Shown one piece after another: positions 14,130 through 27,236 of a stretch of 64,000 nt of DNA. Each line of letters starts with the position of its first letter. The stretch's first letter is position 1. This DNA is from Lama guanicoe (Eukaryota), in contig MU057352.1 of assembly GCA_013239625.1 (NCBI GenBank), positions 25,870,764 to 25,934,763 of the forward strand, written 5' to 3'. The position numbers and the translations under genes are program-made. Below the pieces are notes generated by a model. That model saw only the letters and a list, made by a program, of their open reading frames with translations, was not told the DNA's origin and did not search any database.

Positions 14130-14380
14130 GGGACGTAGTTCAGCTGTAAGGGCATTTAATTAGAGCTAGCAAGACAATGGTTTAGATTTAAATCTGGTAC
14201 TTACTAGCCAAGGGATCTAGGGAAAGTTACTTAATACTTTGTAACTATCTGTACTTTAGAGATATTATTCCTACTTTCCATGGTTGATGAATAAATTAAA
14301 TTAAATTAAATCATTTGTGCAAAGTAAGCAATTTACTGTTGGGTACATGTTAAGTTTTAAATAGAGAAAGTAGCTGTTAC
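14130..14380 (+). mobile_element. MIR SINE
   Basis: 'acttactagcc...gggaaagttacttaatactt...tgtgcaaagtaagc'. Confidence 0.6.
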
Positions 14381-15359
14381 TATCTCGATTCCCCTGTAAA
14401 ATTCATTTAGGAAATGGAGTCATCTAAAGCCAACTTAGATATCATATAGCATTTTACACGTTACAGGCAATATGCACATTTATTATTTAGTTTTATTCAT
14501 TACAGCCAAGGAATCTCTGCCTTAAAGAGGTAAAGTGATTGACTCAAGTTCACACATCCGGAAGTAAAATAAGAAGCTAGAATCCTGGATGCTACATGTC
14601 GTGATCTTTCTTCCACAGAAATATTTATTGGCATCATTTCTTATATTCCGGAATCTGTCATCAACAGAAGAGGCCACAAGGCAGCCTGAAAATCTAGACT
14701 TTGCTCATATCCAGGTCTGAATCCTCAAATCCCGCCCACAGCAAGACTGCGATCACTAGTTCAGGCTGGTGGAAAAGTACATGCGCTACATTTCAGTTAC
14801 ATCCAACAAGCCATGGCATTTTATGATGGTGTTGTGGCAATTGTCTCCAATGTATTGTTGTGATAAAGCATTTCCAAGAGCTTCCATATCTTACAGCAAC
14901 AGTTCTCAAAATCAGTAAGCACTGAAACCCCCTGGGGACTTCTCCATCCCCATCCTGAGAGAGTATGTTCTTTAAGTCTTACATAGCCTCCCATGAGGCT
15001 GTTTAACATCTTGCCTTCAAATTCTGAATGAGCCCCCTGTATCCTGACAAAATCCCTTTTCCTTAAATCTGAGAGGAAATTGATCCTTGACTAAAACATC
15101 TTATAAATGACTGAGTCTCATGGGCAGGCTGGTGGATCTATGGGGTAGAATGTGTGTAAGTTATCCAAAATGACCCAGTGGTCTGTCAAGTTGGAGCAAT
15201 TTTGGATCCAAGTTTCCAGCATGTAATTCTAACATTAAATGCTGCTCTGACCTCAAGATGCGATCCACTAGGGATCTTTAGCACAAGAGCTTTAGCCTAA
15301 TTAGTTAGCACATCTAACCTGCAGCTCATCCATAACTAACCATTTGCCCACCTCTACCA

Positions 15360-15580
15360 ATGTAGGTGGTTAATTACAGCCGGATATGATGTTGATTGGC
15401 TTGGAGCAATTAATTGTTGCAACTGAAACTGAATGCAATTAATTATATGGTTTTGAATTGCGCAAAACAATTCTGTTGCAGCATGAGTAACATGACATGA
15501 GAAAAATTTGATAACAATAGAAAAGCAGGCATGAAAAAAGCCTCTGAAGTGTTTTGGACCCGTGCTTGAGTCACGGGTGT
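15360..15580. promoter_or_regulatory. Candidate enhancer (dense TF motif cluster in repeat-free DNA)
   Basis: Several TAATTA/CAATTA homeobox sites, TTGCGCAA (C/EBP) 15458-15465, AACAAT (SOX) twice, TGAGTCA (AP-1) 15567-15573. Confidence 0.35.
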
Positions 15581-15937
15581 CACCTTGGATACCAAGAGAG
15601 GACCCTTTAGAGTCACTGCTGTTAGCAACAAAACGTTGATAGGCCCACACACTTACGGAACTATGATAACGGGCCCCATGTTAGAGAAGGCTTGGATGTC
15701 CATGTTAGTCATAGTTTGGTTCATCTGAGGATGTGGTTCAGGGTTCCTAGATGAAGAATTTTGCTTAACACAGAGCAAGCTTAGACTCTTGTCTGGTTTA
15801 TTTCATCAGCTTTCTCTTCGGTCTCCCTGCTGCGAGCTTTCACCACGCCAGCCCCACACTCGTGCAACAGTTAGGGCGATCTTTCCAAAACACAATTCAG
15901 ACAAAGTCCCTTTTCTGCTTATAATTTTTCAGTTATC

Positions 15938-16105
15938 ACAGCGTGGTTCTCATACTTTCACGGGTATAGAAATCATCTGGGGAAGTTGTTATACACATAC
16001 ACCTCAGGCCCACAGTCAGTGATTCCAACTCAGTCTGTATTTGGTGGAGCTCACATATTTATCTTAGAAAATTGGCAGCCAAGCCAGGGATTCTGATACA
16101 GTGGC
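15938..16105. mobile_element. MER5-type hAT-Charlie DNA transposon inserted into an L2 (~15790-16330)
   Basis: 'cagcgtggttctcatactttc...aatcatctggggaagttgtt...gggattctgatacagtgg'; L2 sequence resumes on both sides. Confidence 0.7.
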
Positions 16106-18960
16106 CTGAATACTTGTATGCTGCAATGGCTTGTAACATAAAGCCCCTAATTCCTTAGCATGGCGAGCAAGGACCTGCACAATCTGACCACGTGTGTAAC
16201 CTGACCCCGGCTTCCCCTTCTCCGTGCCTTATTCTGTGTACCCCCCAGCAAAACCAAACCCTCCAGGTTCCTCAGTTCTCCCCATGCTCAGTCCGGCATA
16301 AGTTTTTTTTATTTTTTAATCCTGGTGTCCCCACTCTCTAGAAAAAGCTCTTCTCCACTCATATCTACAATGATTGGGTAAATAGCTGTGTTAAGGTCTT
16401 TCCTGTGCAAAGGTGACTGGCTGAGGGACCTCACCTAGGAGCTGAAACCTAGCCTGTCCCATGAGTGCGTCAGCCTGAAGGCAGGAACATATCCATCTGA
16501 TTGGATACTCAGAGGGGATGCACTTTGGGGGATTCATTTACTGAAAAAAGAATGATTTTTCTAATTTCTGAAGAGGGTTTGTGCAGGAGGAAGCTCTGTC
16601 CTTTGTTTACGTGGGTACAATTTTATTCATTTTCGGGGACTCAGCCAGTTGCCCCTGCTCACTGGGTTGGGCACCCTTCCTCTTTACCCCCACAATACCT
16701 CCGTTCTCCACTCGCCGCACAGTACTGTGACTGCTGCGTCTTTTTGAGGTCGTGACCACCTCAAGTGCTTGACTCGTAGTAATTGCACCATAAATATGTG
16801 TCACTGTGATGGTAGCTCACTGCCTGACATTATGAGACTAACAAAAGCAACTGTTCTGGCTTCCAATCCCGTTTCAATATTCTTTGACACAATTTACCAA
16901 GGGCCAGCCCTGTGCCCAGTGCTGTGCCCGCCTCCGGAGGTGCAGAGGTGAATTCTTTCCTCCTTTGTCCTTAGAATCAGAGTTCCTTTAACTCCTCCCC
17001 TGAATCAGTGCCTTGGCTCCCCGGACACTCTTCTTCAGCAACAGTCCGCCTCCCTGTACACTGGCCTTCCTACCAGAGCCTAGAAAGTACCACATACCCA
17101 CTCCCCATGGGAACTTCACCCACGATGGTCCCTCCATCTGCCCCAATCTCCTTGTCTACTTTTTGGACAATTGATCAACCTTCTAGAACCAGCTCACAAT
17201 ACATCTTCCAGGAACCTCCATTGATTTTCCATCCTGCTCCGCACAGCACTTTCCTTGAGCACTCAGGCTGGAGACACCCCACTGCTGACAGGTATGATTT
17301 TCCCACTGTCCACGAAGAGGGAGGGGTACCTGCGGCTTCCCCCCAGACCTTCCACCCCAGCTTGGGCTTCCCTTTGCACAGAGGGGCCCGTTCACCACAC
17401 ACTACACTCGCATGGTTTGCCTTCACTGAAGGAGCCCCTTTAGTTAATTTAGACAAAGACTTACATAGCAGGGCATCCTTGTGCTTCTGTAGCATCTTGG
17501 AGCTACCCTTTTTTATAGCACATGGGATTCTGACTAGTATTTGTCCTCTGTTCCTGCAGGTGCCTTGCGGGTGTATGAGGTGGAAGACTTTGCCTTGCTC
17601 ATCTCTGTGTCCCCTCAAGTAAAGTGCTTGGTTCAAAGGAGGCACACAAAAAGACTCCTCTCAAAACAATGAAACTGTAGAACTTGACAACCTCGAAACC
17701 AGTTGTAAGTGTCCAGCCCACTGACTCACTTAATCACACATCCATTCATTTATTTTTCATTCATGTATTTTTAATCATATGAACCACTCTGGTCTTCAAC
17801 TATAAAATGGGAATAATGATCTCTCCTCTGATGATATCATCAGAAAGTTGGGAATCAAAAGAGAGAATGTTATATAGATACCTTTCAAATAGTAAAATAG
17901 CAGGGAAAAGGCACTATGGCTAAGAAGGTTTTCAGACATGTCCATGCATATTGGCATTGTTTTATCCATGGAATTTTGGCACACATGAAAATTAAAATGT
18001 AAAGCAGCAATATCCAAGTGGGTTTCACAAAACTAGGTACTTCGTAGACAGAATTCTGTGTTGGTTAAATTTTGGAAAGAATGTGTTCTTTAAAAGTTAA
18101 TCTTTTTAACTGCAAGATTTTCAGAGCCTTCAATATGGTAATGCCATCATCAGACACCTCTGGGGGTGATAAAGTGAGCAAATTCTCCAAACTTACATCA
18201 CAGATTAGCTAATAAACCAGTCCCCCACCCTCACACCCACCCTCAGAACATATTTTTGACAAAAAATTCAGGAAAGGATTCCATTAACACACATTGCCTC
18301 TGGGAAATTTGGCACCAAATTCCACCCAGCAAAGGGAGCATCCTTCCAGGCTTATACAATGAAAGGATTTCAGAAAGCTAGTGACAATCTCAAGAGAGCC
18401 AGTGTATCATATTAGATTATTTCCCTGAAGCTCAATAAAGCCACAATATATTTCAAAACAAGTTTATTTTTATAACTACAACTGCATTTTGAAATATTTG
18501 AGATCCAGTGCAGCCACAATTTTCCGGATCACCTTTGCTCTTCTCTGTATTTCTCCATCTTTTTTTTAAATTCCTGGCCAACTTAAATTCTTCTCTGTCG
18601 GGTGAGGCCCATCTAGAAAGTTATTACAAATTGACTCAGTCCAACAGTATTCACTTACAGGAATCATTGCTTCCTGTCAAGCCAATTTTCTCAATGTTTT
18701 CCCCAGATATGTGTTCAGTTAGTTTCCATCATTTTGCTCATGTCATCCCCTCAATAGAAATGCTCCCTTTTTATGCTTTATTCTTCTTTTTCTCTTTTCC
18801 TTTCTCCTCTTTTTTCCCTCCTTTCTTCTGCCTTCCTTCCGTCCACCCACCAACTCACAAACATTCATCTAACACTGTGTTAGGTGCTAGGGTACCTAAG
18901 TCTTAGGTACAGCTGAGCTTTGTTCTTTGGTTTCAAGAAGTTTAAATAGACAGAATACAT

Positions 18961-19468
18961 TGAGAGGCTGAATATGCACAGGAACAATGGCCAGGCCATA
19001 TGGTAAAACAGAGCTCTGACCCACAACCTGCAGCCACCTTCCCGGGAAACCAACATCTTTTCTAAACCATCTAGAAAGCCATTTATATTAAGTCGGATTT
19101 CTATCTCTAGTGATAATCCAGGAAGCTAAACAATAACTTTTGTAACAGGCCCCAAATGGCCAGAACCTGATTAACAACTGACAGCTTTCCTAATTTTGGT
19201 CCCTGGTTCTAACTTAGGACCAAGCAGAAAAGACCAAATATGCACCCCTTTTTGAATCACATAGGGTGCCTCATTCCTAGTCAGCCCACTGCAGCTGCCC
19301 CATGCCAATGGCCTCTGTTCAGGACATGCCTGAAGCCTTCCCTTTTATCTGCTTAAAGCTATCCCACCCCTCTGCCTGCCTTTGAGTCTCTGCCAAAACA
19401 GAGTACTTGCTATAACAGGCACGGAATAGCCTTCACTTTTCTCATTTGATTGATCTTTGTTTCCACGA
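18961..19468 (+). mobile_element. ERV1-class solo LTR (MER90/MER110-like) inserted into an L2
   Basis: Starts 'tgagaggctgaatatgc...gagctctgacccacaacctgcagc', contains 'tttgagtctctgccaaa'; flanks join into antisense L2. Confidence 0.7.
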
Positions 19469-19543
19469 TGTAAACAAGTAAATTTGCAATGCAGTGACGC
19501 ATTGTAAGCAGCTTATAGCAGAGGGATGTACTAGGTACTATAG

Positions 19544-19545
<2 letters not shown>

Positions 19546-19579
<34 letters not shown>
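19546..19579. repeat. (AC)17 microsatellite
   Basis: Directly visible. Confidence 0.97.
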
Positions 19580-19582
<3 letters not shown>

Positions 19583-21024
19583 CGTATCAGAGAGTCAAAT
19601 CTCAAGAGGATAGAGAAAGGAGATAGGATAGATCAAGGAAGCCTTCTCAGAAGAGTCAAACTGGAATAGTAACGTTACTACATAGGCAAAGTCAAAGGGG
19701 TCTCCAGTCATAAGGAAAACTATGTGCGAAGCTGCAAAGGCAGGAAGCAAAATGTACTCATAGACGAATACCTGGAACGAGAGCTAATATTTCTTGGAGG
19801 CAGATGGAGCTGCAGGCACTGTCCTCGTGACTTGTTCAATAACGCTTTGAATTGCATTTTATTATCATGCCCATCACAGAGACAAGAAAGCGGAAACCAA
19901 GGGTCACAGCGCCAGTCAAAGCTGGAGTTAGGATATGAGCCTGCAAAAATGTCTGGGTGTAATATTGCTACAGTCTGCCTGGTGCACAGCAGGTGTGGCC
20001 AGCTGCAGAGCGAGGGGAAGCCACATAAGGAGAGAGCAGCCAGCTTACGGAGGGCCTTTCCTGCCCCTCGAAGGTGTTTGGACATTCGTAGATGCCTTCT
20101 CTGGCCACCCCAACTCACTGTAACACTCTCCTCTTCTGTAACAGTGTTCACTGCTGGGGGGTTAGGCATTGTCTTGCACGTTTCCTGCCCACAGCCCTTG
20201 AATTTGCTGAAGCTCTCAAAATACATGACTTGATGCATCTCTCATCTCTCATCCCCCAATTAGATGGCGAGATCTCCAGTAGTAGGCACCGCGTCATTTC
20301 CTTCTCCCTCTGATGTCAAACATAGGGCTCTGCACAAAACAGGTATTTATTTGGAAAACAATTTTTTAAAGAAATAAAGGAATAAGCCCCTGAATCAGCA
20401 TTAAAACAGCAAACCTCGACATGTGTAGAGAATTTTCACATACACAGTGGACTGTTATTTTTTTTTTTAATCTGTGAGGTAGTTGCAATCTTCAGTTCTA
20501 TTTTAGATGTAAGGAAACTGAGACTCAGGGAGTTCAATGACATTAGAATGATAAAAAAACAAGTGATAGGTATTGAAGTTTTGGAGGTTCTAACTCCCTA
20601 GTTTTCTATTTCTTCATGGCAAATCATTTCCAAAAATTCTTCAACAGAATGGGGACAGGCATTTTGATGGAACAGAGTCTATATTCGATGCATTTAATGC
20701 TCACTTCCTTTCTAAAAACACCATTACTATCCCCGGAAGCCAGCCCATGATCCAGGTTTCATTTACTGAAATAAAAGTACAGATTGTGGAAGCAAAGACA
20801 GATAATGTTGGTTGAGTTGCTAAGAAACCTAGAAAATTGTGAAGTATGTCAGGTCACTGTCCCACAGAGAGACCAATAATATGTCATGTCTCCATAGTAA
20901 CTCACTGTGAACAGGATGTGAGTTGAAAAGAGAAGAAATTATGAGAATGGTGATCTGTGATAGTTAAACCAGAAGAATGCTGAGTAACAAATTGTTTGAT
21001 AACCTTGAAATACTCAGAAAGAAT

Positions 21025-21210
21025 TAGTAGGCAAAGTATGAGCTTTGGAGTCCGAGAAACTGGATTGGAATCACAACCCCACTGTTGAAAGTTATAAGAC
21101 CATGGCGAAATAGTCAGTACTCTGAGCTATATGTTCCCTTGCTGGAAAGTAACAATCTGAAGTCTTGCCCCACTTAACCCTCAGGGATGTTGTGAGTTAA
21201 GAGCTGCACA
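21025..21210 (+). mobile_element. MIR SINE
   Basis: 'atgagctttggagtccgagaaactggattggaatc...tcagggatgttgtgag'. Confidence 0.7.
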
Positions 21211-23689
21211 GATACAAAATATATTTAAAGAATCATTAACATCCTTGTCTTTAAAAAGGCACATTGTCTTACATAATCTGAGAAAGTAAATGAATAAAAT
21301 TCCATTTCAACTTGGCATTGGCTTATATTATGCAGTAGAATTTTCTATTTTCAATAGATTATCCTTCAAAATTTGCAATACTGGACTGAAATTAGTTAAT
21401 TGATTGTTGCCTGGAAAGAGCATGTATTTGGAGCTTTGAAACCTAGGTTTTTAGCCCATCCTTCCCCTAATTATTCATATGGTCATGAGCAAGCTGTTTG
21501 GCCTTTAAATCTCAGTTTCTTTATTTGTAGGGTAACAGTAGTAATATTAACACATGTCACCCTTAGACCCTGACATATGGACTCCTGCCTGGACCCAACA
21601 CCTCAGTGGGTCCAGGCCTTTGGACTTCTTCCTCAAAGTGTCCTAAGTTCCCTTCCGGTGCCTGGAACTTGCCAAAGCCATCAGTACAACACAGACAGAG
21701 GACCCTAATCCCAGGCCAGGACATGTGCGGACTTCAGCCCCCATCTCTCTCCTTTGGAGTACTATCCAACCATCTTCCTTGTGTGGGGTCAATCAGATGT
21801 CCCAGGTTGTTCTAGGACTTGTCATCTTAGCACCTGGCTTTGGTTCCAGGAGGACTGTCTGGTGAGCAGATCATTCCCACTGGCCAGTGTGGTTTTTCAT
21901 TCACAGGATGGGACAACATTGAGCTGCAAGAATGATACTACCATACTGATTTGGGATGACTCTCACTCACGTTCAGAGCTCTGAGCTAACAACAGATTAA
22001 CGATAAGGGTTCTCGCAAACCTTGTGCTTTAACTAAGTGTGTAAACCTATATATATATATATAATCTCAACCATGGTACCAACTACTATCTACAGCATCT
22101 GAGGGTGCCTGGGGTAGAGGTGTATATTTTTTACCCTGCGTACCCTCCGCCACTGACACCCAGGGTTGTCACCCATCCCACGTACAGGCTCTGTGTCAAG
22201 CATTAGGTGTCAATATGCTTATCTCCTGCAAGATCTTTGGAGATCATTGCTCTGCAACATCAAGGAGCCCTTCCAATTATGACATCTCTTGTCTCTGGTC
22301 CATGCAATGCTCTCCCCAGGATTGGTCTTAAGTCATTCTGGATGAAAGATAAACACTTACTGCACAAATTGGACTGCTCTTCTTGCCTCACCCACATTCT
22401 TCCTTGCTGGTTGCCGCATATGGGAGGCAGGGGTGTGGTTAGCATTGAAAGATAACACATTCTAGGAATGCGGTGATTACGGCCTTCAGAGTTCAAGAGA
22501 AGGCATGGTTGGGAGATGTACGGTTCTACCTTTATGCTGTAAAATTCTAAACAGCTAATATAACGTTATTATAAACTAGCATTCGAACTTTCCTGCATAC
22601 GCTCAGTAATATGTACATTTGTGGTCATTATAAACGAAGTACAGCAACAACCACAGAGAATTATTGGAATCCAGGATCCACAAGTGCCCTGGAGGATGAT
22701 ATTATATCATGACTAATGTTATAAGTGGTAAGTGGTTGTAAATTACATTAGGGAATTGCAGATGCACGAGGCTTTCTATGCGCCAACACAGTTTCCTGAG
22801 AGCCATGACATTATGAGTATGCTACATTTTTCTTGCAGTGATAAATATGAAATTTGGCAGGAATGGTACATTTGACGATAAAGAACATAAAGAGATGGCT
22901 CCTGGATATTAACATAAAAAGACAACACCCAGATACTATGAAGAATCTTTACATGCAATGAAGAAACAATAAGCAAATATGCAGGTACCACTTCTCTATC
23001 CATTATTCCAAATTTTCATTGATAGAACACTGTGCTTCATGTAGGCCCATTGATTCTATAATATATATTTTAATAAAATTGCATGTATAGACAAAAATCC
23101 TAGCAAAAGTATTCACTCATCATCATACATCATAAGGGGTCTCTGATACTGACTATGCTTTTGCCACAGGATAATAAAAATACTGCTACTAATAGTAAAA
23201 CAAGCAATATGTTGTTCCTGACATATGCATCTCCTCTCATACATGAAAAAAATTGACCCTTCCCTCATTCATGCCCCTTTCTTCCTATTCACAAGAAAAC
23301 TGCATCTGCTCCCTGACATTAGTCTATCATCCTCAGGCATATGAGCTTCCGAACAGCATCTTATATAATTCTTCTCTGAATCTCCTGCACTTACCATAAA
23401 ACCTGCTGCTGAATAAGCAGTCAATAAATGTTTGATGAATGAATGAATAAAAAATGAATTAATTTTATAAATTATAAAGTGAGATAGAAATGGCAATATT
23501 ATTACAGTAATATTATCACTTCTTGACAGAATTATCCTTTAGGACAGGATGAGCCAAAATGCTGAATTGATGAAAGGAAGCAAAGATACAGAATTCATTT
23601 TCCAAGTAAAAACAAGAGTAATTTAAAAAATATATTCAATAGCAGGGACCCTAACCCAAATATTCCTATGAATTTTACCATCTCTTCAC

Positions 23690-23830
23690 CACCCTTAGAG
23701 TCAGCTAGGATGTCCTGTAAACATACAGATTCCTGGACCCCACACCAATTCTACTGAATCAGAATCTCTGGTCTTGGGCTTGGGGAGGAGGGGCAGGAAT
23801 CCACACACTTAAAATGTTTTTTCAGTTGAC
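23690..23830. mobile_element. MER5-type DNA transposon fragment
   Basis: 'tacagattcctggaccccacacc...ctactgaatcagaatctctgg'. Confidence 0.75.
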
Positions 23831-24929
23831 AGTTGAAGCTTATTTCTGTAGACTATTATTTTCGACACGAGATTTGCCATCCAGTCTCTGAATCAAGTAA
23901 ATTCTTGAACCTTTAATTAGAAAGGAAATAGGATTCAATATTGGGAGCCTCCATGAGTTGTAAATTGGTATCTGTCTCTCTGTGACCGCAGCAGACTTTT
24001 TAGAGGCCGTTACCTGCTCCTGTGGCATCTTGCTGTTTTGGTATAATAGGATTTCTCACATTTTACAGGTATTGCATGTGATGTTGTCTTTCTTTTTATC
24101 GCTAAGTATAAGCTCCATGAGGAAATGGATCACAGATATTTAATCATTGTGTTCCAGCTGCTAGCACAGTACATGGCCTTTGTGAATATATGCATGAACT
24201 CATGAGTTAGTAGGAATGACTGAATAATAAACAATGAATGAAGAAAATACCTTCATCTGATGCTAATTTTATCGCATTCAATTTATTTTTACCTTTCATT
24301 CAATGAGGATAATTCTCGTGCTGAGTTATGTTTTTCTTCTCAACTGTTCCCTGAAAAAGAAGTTTCCTATAACTATATACATTAAAATAATGCATTTACG
24401 CAGAAAAAAAAAGACAAAACATGATCATCAGACAACATCCTTTTCCTCTCTGTGTTATCCACTTATGGGGATTTGGAACCTGAACGCACCTTAAACAGGA
24501 ACAAGAAAAGGTACAAGAAGGACATTAAATGCCAAATGTGAACCATGCATCTACCAAACAAGATGATGAGATGATTCAGACATCACCAAGGTAAGAAGAA
24601 GTGTGATGGGTGCCCCATAACACAGAACCATCAATTCCAGACTCACCTAGTCCTGAGGTTAAAATAAGTCTAACAGATAGCTCTTCCCAATGTCTTAGCT
24701 GTTAGAGTTCCAGAGAATGTATCTTTGGGTCCTTGAAGGGAGAGGAACAGGGTGGCTGGTCTTAACTCCTTATATCTGCTGGCCAGCAAACCAGGGCATA
24801 AACTTAGGTGGCAAAAAGTGCCCACATAAATATATTTGTGCTGCTTCCATCTATCCCCACAGACCCAACCCAACATGATGGACTCTGGGGAAATGGAGAA
24901 TGCATGAAAAGAATCAGAGGGCAAAATTA

Positions 24930-25400
24930 TTATTATTCATTCACCTTTTCATTCCATAAATATTTATTGAGTACCCACAATATTTCAGACACTGCCATAG
25001 ACACTAGAATAAAGAAGTAATAAGACAATGTCTTCATGAACCTTAGCACCCATGGTGGAAACCCACATTACTCACGTATTCACACACATGCACTTATAAA
25101 TTCTAACAGCCACAGTGTCAATGCACACATGCATTTATAATTACTAATAGCCATAAGTGTCATGAAGGAAAACTAAAGAGTGGACAGGAGGATATAGATT
25201 GACAATGAAGGCAGAGGGGTGAGGGGGTGGCATGGTGATATTTAGGTTGAAACCTAAAAAAGAAATAGAAGTAACTGAGAAAGAAGAGGGATGGAGGTGT
25301 ATATTCCAGGCAGAAGAAGTAACACACATAAAGGCTTCAAGGTGGGCAGAGTTTGGCAAATATAGTAAAAGGAAAATGCAGTGAAAATATCTCAAAAGCG
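24930..25400 (-). mobile_element. L2 3' fragment
   Basis: 'ttcattc...aaatatttattgagtaccc...attccaggcagaagaagtaacacacataaaggc'. Confidence 0.75.
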
Positions 25401-25409
25401 TTCTCCAGA

Positions 25410-25800
25410 AATTAGAGCCTGAGACAAAGACTGCCATGCTACACTAAAGAGGGCAACTCCAGGGAGCAAGAGTTAGAGGAAGGATGAGTGAGGCAGGAAA
25501 GGACCAAGAGCTGTTTAGAGGAAGAGTCAAAATCAAGGTGGCCAACAGCAAATGCAACTGATGGCTTGACATTGTGGGAGCACCCTCAGCAAAGGTGCTT
25601 CTCAGGACCAACCTTGGAGGTGGGATGGGTATGGGGGGGAAGGAAGGATAATTATTTATTCAATAGTTGTCTCTTTCCTGTTAGCCAAGGGTAAAGCCAT
25701 GGAGCATTACCTGTCCTGCAATTCTGAGATGCATGGATGGGGGCCAAGCTGTGTCCAGATGCCCTAGGACAGAACACGAGAGGTGTGTGTGTGTCACACT
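25410..25800 (-). mobile_element. Old ERVL LTR (LTR33-like)
   Basis: 'ctccagaaattagagcctgagacaaagact...ccagggagcaagag...gtgaggcaggaaagg'. Confidence 0.6.
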
Positions 25801-25895
25801 GGGTATATGTGATATATTGGGAGACTATGCAGAGCCTATATATAATTATTAACTATGTAACTATATAATATATGTATATATATATATATAAAATT

Positions 25896-26037
25896 CCAGT
25901 GTAACTTCATCATAACTTAACGAAATACATCTGCAATGACCCTACTTCCAAATAAAGCCATATCCTGAGGTACCGGAAATAAGGACTTGAACTTATGAAT
26001 TTGGAGTGGGGGGAGGGTCACAATTCAACCCATAGCA
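25896..26037 (-). mobile_element. MaLR LTR 5' fragment (MLT1B/C-like)
   Basis: 'tacatctgcaatgaccctacttccaaataaag...cacaattcaacccatagca'. Confidence 0.85.
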
Positions 26038-26749
26038 GAATATAAGCTCTATGAGAACAGCAACCTTGCTCAGTGCTGTGTTTCTAACACTGCAGAGAAT
26101 GCCCAACACATAGTAGGTGGCCAATATATCTGATTGAATAAATGCATATATGAATCAATCAATCAAATCCACTTCTCTAGCTCCAAAGCTGATGCTCTTT
26201 CCCCTACACAGTTCTGCCCCGTGTTCTTTTTGTCTCATACATTTCAGCCTCTCAAAATTGCACTCCCAATTAATCTCCCTGTAAATCTGTTCTCCCATTA
26301 CTATTACAATAATCATCCCAATTAATCATTAACTCATACTACTATGATAATCACTGACATAATCATTAGCTAAATATTCAAGAGTTACGCTGTTCTCACT
26401 AGCCTGATTATCCTTCATTTTATGTCATTCCCCAAAGTATATGCTTCTAGTGAGGGGAAAAGGGCACTAATAAGACATCAGATCTACATACTAGTTGTCT
26501 CTGCAATACTGTGTACAAGTTCTAATAAAGATAAGTCAGGAAAAACCACTGACAGCTCACGGGTACCTACACTGCATCCCTGTTCTGACGGGAGTGGACC
26601 CAGAATGCTATTATGAAACCTGATACAATAAACATATATCCATGCCTGCTCAGCCGTCTGCCAGACCTACACCAACTAGTTCTTGCTCAGTTGTCAACAC
26701 AGCCCCCTGACTCCATGAGTCTAGCAGACGTACCACCCAATGTTTATCA

Positions 26750-27236
26750 GTTTTATGCTTGGAGTTTCTGGCTCTTCCTTGATATTCCCACCTCTTCTGC
26801 TTCAGATGAAAAAGCCACACTGTAAGTCACAGGACCCAGATTCCCCAGCAGCTGCCAAAAGGGCCAGCCTGAATGTATAGGGGAACTAGCTTCCTGTGGG
26901 GCAGAATTTGGTGAGGAGCAGAAGAAAGGACACCTACAGTCAGTTTTCTATTACTCCATCCAGTAGACTGCTTCCATAAACTTTACTGTACAGAGACGTA
27001 CAAAAGTGCCCACACGACCAAAGAGACACCCCTTCAGAGCAACGGTCTCTTCCTAGCTCACAAAGAAGCATTGTCCAGTGTGATTAGTGCATTCTTCTGC
27101 ATTGCTTCCTGTATTTCCTGCCTCATTTCACTTTTGCCTTACTCTTCCCACCCCTAGATTATACTTCCCAAATAAGGCATCAGCACCAAATTTCTACCTC
27201 AGGTTCTGTTTCTAGGAAACTCTGCTTAAGATTACA
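26750..27236 (+). mobile_element. ERVL LTR (LTR16-like), 5' LTR of the adjacent internal fragment
   Basis: Ends 'cttcccaaataaggc...tacctcaggttctgtttctaggaaactctgcttaaga', directly abutting ERVL internal sequence. Confidence 0.7.

Noticed and set aside
17008-17622. Longest ORF in the track (204 aa, +) and overlapping antisense ORFs
   Set aside because: Non-ATG start, Pro/Ser-biased with no recognisable domain, and runs across L2-like and MER91-like repeat fragments.
19720-20238. Mutually antisense 172/169-aa ORFs
   Set aside because: No recognisable domain or exon structure, one end lies in L2 sequence, and paired open frames arise by chance in moderately GC-rich DNA.
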